Below, in pieces: positions 61,066-64,000 of a stretch of DNA of 64,000 nt (within the stretch, counting starts at the first letter, position 1; every line of letters starts with the position of its first letter). Source of the stretch: Octopus vulgaris (taxonomy: Eukaryota). The notes beneath the pieces were generated by a model. That model had not been told where the DNA came from and did no database searches. It saw only the letters and a program-made list of their open reading frames with translations. The stretch covers positions 35,774,001 through 35,838,000 of the forward strand of contig OX597830.1 in assembly GCA_951406725.2 (NCBI GenBank). Reading direction: 5' to 3'. Position numbers and translations under genes: made by a program.

Positions 61066-61639
61066 ACGAGAACAAATATCCGTCAAATGTAAATAATGTA
61101 AATAATATTTATTTTTCGTTGTTTATTTTCTTTTTTTTTACATTTTTTCGATCACCTCCAGATCAAACATATCTGTGACGAAGAATACTGATCACTATGA
61201 CAACCATGAGGTTATTTTTCAGTTTGCAAAACTCAGTTTCAAAGTGTTTTTCTGTAATATGAGATTTAGCCAGTATTACTTATAAGAGCTTGACGTCTGA
61301 AGAGCACTTGTACTAAATGGTGTGCCATAAGAGGCAACTAGATGTGCCGCGAACATTTGAAAATATGATTTTAGACTGTAGAATATATTATTAATGCTTA
61401 TTTGTTTTCACAACGAATTATTCATATACTTTTGTAAATAAATATTAAGAAAATGTGATACGCAATAGTCTTATTTATGTATATTTTTTTTCTGAATTAT
61501 GATCTTTGAAATGTGCTTTGAAATGAGCGGAGTGCGACAGTAATTTTTCTTTTCTTTATCGCTTGTCGTCATGATATCACAACGAACGAACCACTTATGT
61601 ACACGCTTACCCACCCCTACTGTGTTGGGAATGAAATAA

Positions 61640-61663
61640 CGATGATGAAGAAGAGGAGGATGG

Positions 61664-61698
<35 letters not shown>

Positions 61699-62212
61699 CC
61701 ACGACGACAACGACGACGACGATGATGATGATGAAGATGATGATGATTACGACGACAACGATGATGACGATGATGATGATGACGACAACGATGATGACTA
61801 CGATAATGATGATGACTACGATGACAACGACGACGACGACGACGACGATGATGAATACGACGACAACGACGACCACGACGACGACGATGATGATGATGAT
61901 GCCACGATGACAACGACGACGACGATGATGATGATGATGATGATTACGACGACAACGATGATGACGATGATGATGATGACGACGACGATGACTACGATGA
62001 TGATGATGACTAGACGACAACGGCGACCGCGACGATGATGATGATGACTACGACGAAAACGACGACGACGACAACGATGATGATGACGATGATGACTACG
62101 ACGACAACGACGACCACGACGATGATGATGATGACTACGACGAAAACGACGACGATGACGACGACAACAATGATGATGATGATGATGATGATGATACCGA
62201 GGACGACGATGC
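61640..62212. repeat. (GAY)n cryptic repeat with higher-order units
   Basis: GCCACGAYGACAACGACGACGACGATG at 61698 and 61901; ACTACGACGAAAACGAC at 62047 and 62134. Confidence 0.85.
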
Positions 62213-62683
62213 GACTTTTCTGACAATTATATCTTCCCCATGGAGACAATACGAAATTTCAGAAGACCGCATTAACAAAAAAAAAAACAAAAACAAAAAA
62301 CAGAGAATCATATTTGGCGGGATGAGGTGGGACGGGTTGCGGAAGAATCAGAGAACTTTCTGAGCTGAACCAGACACAAAAACAAAGTCTCAACAAGTCA
62401 ACATCCACATTTTGTTTTCTTTTTCTTTTTCTTTTTTTTTTATTCGTTAACCTAAACATTTTATATATTGGACATTACAATTATTTTTTACTACTTCACA
62501 CTACTCTGCTATTAAAACTACAGGACAGTCATAAAAAAAAAAAACAAACAAACAAACAAAGCATTTAAAACATCTTTTTTTAATATTTGGCAACAAACAA
62601 AGGATAGAATATATGCAAAACTGGACATCCCAATATGTTTATATTTTAACGATATCATAACCATTACCATCATCGTCATATTT

Positions 62684-62757
<74 letters not shown>

Positions 62758-62771
62758 CAGTTATTATTTTA

Positions 62772-62823
<52 letters not shown>

Positions 62824-63144
62824 CATCACGTAAATAAAATAGACATTATTAAACTCAAGTTTTGGCAATCTTTATAGTTAATATTCCTGTTGCACATTAA
62901 CGTATTTATTTATAGAATTTTGTTTGCTGTCACACAATGGTTCTGTATAGAAGAATAGTCATTTCTTGGAAAGTACTACGTACACTTCATAGCTTCAATT
63001 AATAAAAATATTTCAAATGGAAAAATATTTATTTTGTTTTTCAACTAATAGCGTCTATACGAAGCGGAGCATAAGGGTAAATTCCATTTATGAAATTTAT
63101 TAAACGTACCATGAGCAAACAGACGTGAAGGGCAGTTCTCTCTT

Positions 63145-63586
63145 CTCTTTTATCTTTTACTTCTTCGTTCAGTCATGAGACTGCGGCCATGCTGGAGCAC
63201 CGCCTTCAATAATTTTTAGTCGAACGTGCTCATTCTTTTTCAGAATAGTACTTATTATATCGGTTTTTTTGCCGCGCCGCTAATTTGTGAGGAGGTAAAC
63301 ACGCCTTCACCGATTGTCAAGGGGTAGTGAGAGAGAGAGGCACAAACAAAAGACACACACACATTTACTGTGTATGTATATATATATATATTTGTGTGTA
63401 TACATGTGCGCGTGTACTACACACTTCTTTGAGATTCCGTCTACCAAATCAACATACGAGACCTTGGTCGATCCAAGTGTTCTCAAATGTGAAGAGGACA
63501 CTTGCGCAAGGTGGCACGCAGTGTGGCTGAACCGGTACTGTGTGGTTAGGAAGCGAACTTCTATCTACACAGCTACGCCGGCTCCT
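63145..63586 (-). mobile_element. SINE A full length, diverged
   Basis: Reverse complement of both arms. Confidence 0.8.
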
Positions 63587-63601
63587 ATTAAAAAAATTAT
63601 C

Positions 63602-63680
63602 TGTCAGAAGTGGGATTCGAACCCATGCACACATCCATAGACCAGTTATATATTTTTCATTTTTTTCCTTCCGTTCTGAC
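63602..63680 (-). pseudogene. tRNA-Leu pseudogene
   Basis: Minus: GTCAGAACGG...CTGGTCT..GCATGGGTTCGAATCCCACTTCTGACA. Acceptor stem GTCAGAA/TTCTGAC, T-arm and a downstream T-run are intact; D and anticodon arms are replaced by A-rich sequence. Confidence 0.75.
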
Positions 63681-63760
63681 AATGGAGAAAAGATTAGTAC
63701 CATTAAACTTAACAGCTCGACTGTAGAAGCTGGTCTTCAAGCTATTAATATCTCGTTTAA

Positions 63761-63982
63761 TCCTTTAGCGTTTAAACCGGTGATATCTGGTCCAAATATT
63801 TTTTCTCTTTTATGATCAAACTAGCCGGGTCTGGCCTTTTACACCAACATTGCAATGTCTTTCCTAAAGTAAAGAGTCACATCACTGAAAACACAAAGCT
63901 ACAAGACAATGCATGAGTAATTCAAAATAATGTAAATATATAGGCATTGCATTTGATAAAGTTATTTGGGAGGGTAAAGTTA
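63761..63982. mobile_element. piggyBac-like MITE (decayed)
   Basis: TTAA|TCCTTTAGCGTTTAAACCGG ... decayed right end GGTAAAGTTA. Confidence 0.45.
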
Positions 63983-64000
63983 CTTTCTAGATTCATGCTG

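Noticed and set aside
61690-62200. Asp-rich (aspein-like) or His-rich protein
   Set aside because: The poly-Asp frame is broken by GC insertions and a TAG; no start or splice support

Overview
AT-rich eukaryotic DNA saturated with microsatellites ((TA)n, (TATG)n, (CA)n, (GATA)n, (GA)n, (TAA)n, (ATC)n, (CTT)n). The repeat content strongly suggests an octopus (cephalopod) intron or intergenic region, inferred from the SINE families and repeat density. No intact protein-coding gene is supported: nearly all listed ORFs are translated microsatellites or SINEs. The window holds dozens of tRNA-derived SINE copies (here called families A, B, V/X and C), a Lep1-like non-autonomous Helitron, and decayed Tc1, mariner, maT-like and piggyBac-like DNA elements. 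It also holds remnants of RTE, Dong/R4, HERO and Penelope-like retrotransposons and a tRNA-Leu pseudogene. The most interesting signal is a set of short elements, mostly beside (TA)n tracts, carrying minimal hammerhead-ribozyme cores of several stem designs, including a palindromic back-to-back pair. Other points of interest are SINE module shuffling, a ~93-bp duplication flanking a SINE, a 27-bp inverted-repeat-bounded composite, and a (TAA)n insertion hotspot. All family assignments come from motif recognition by eye, not from database searches.
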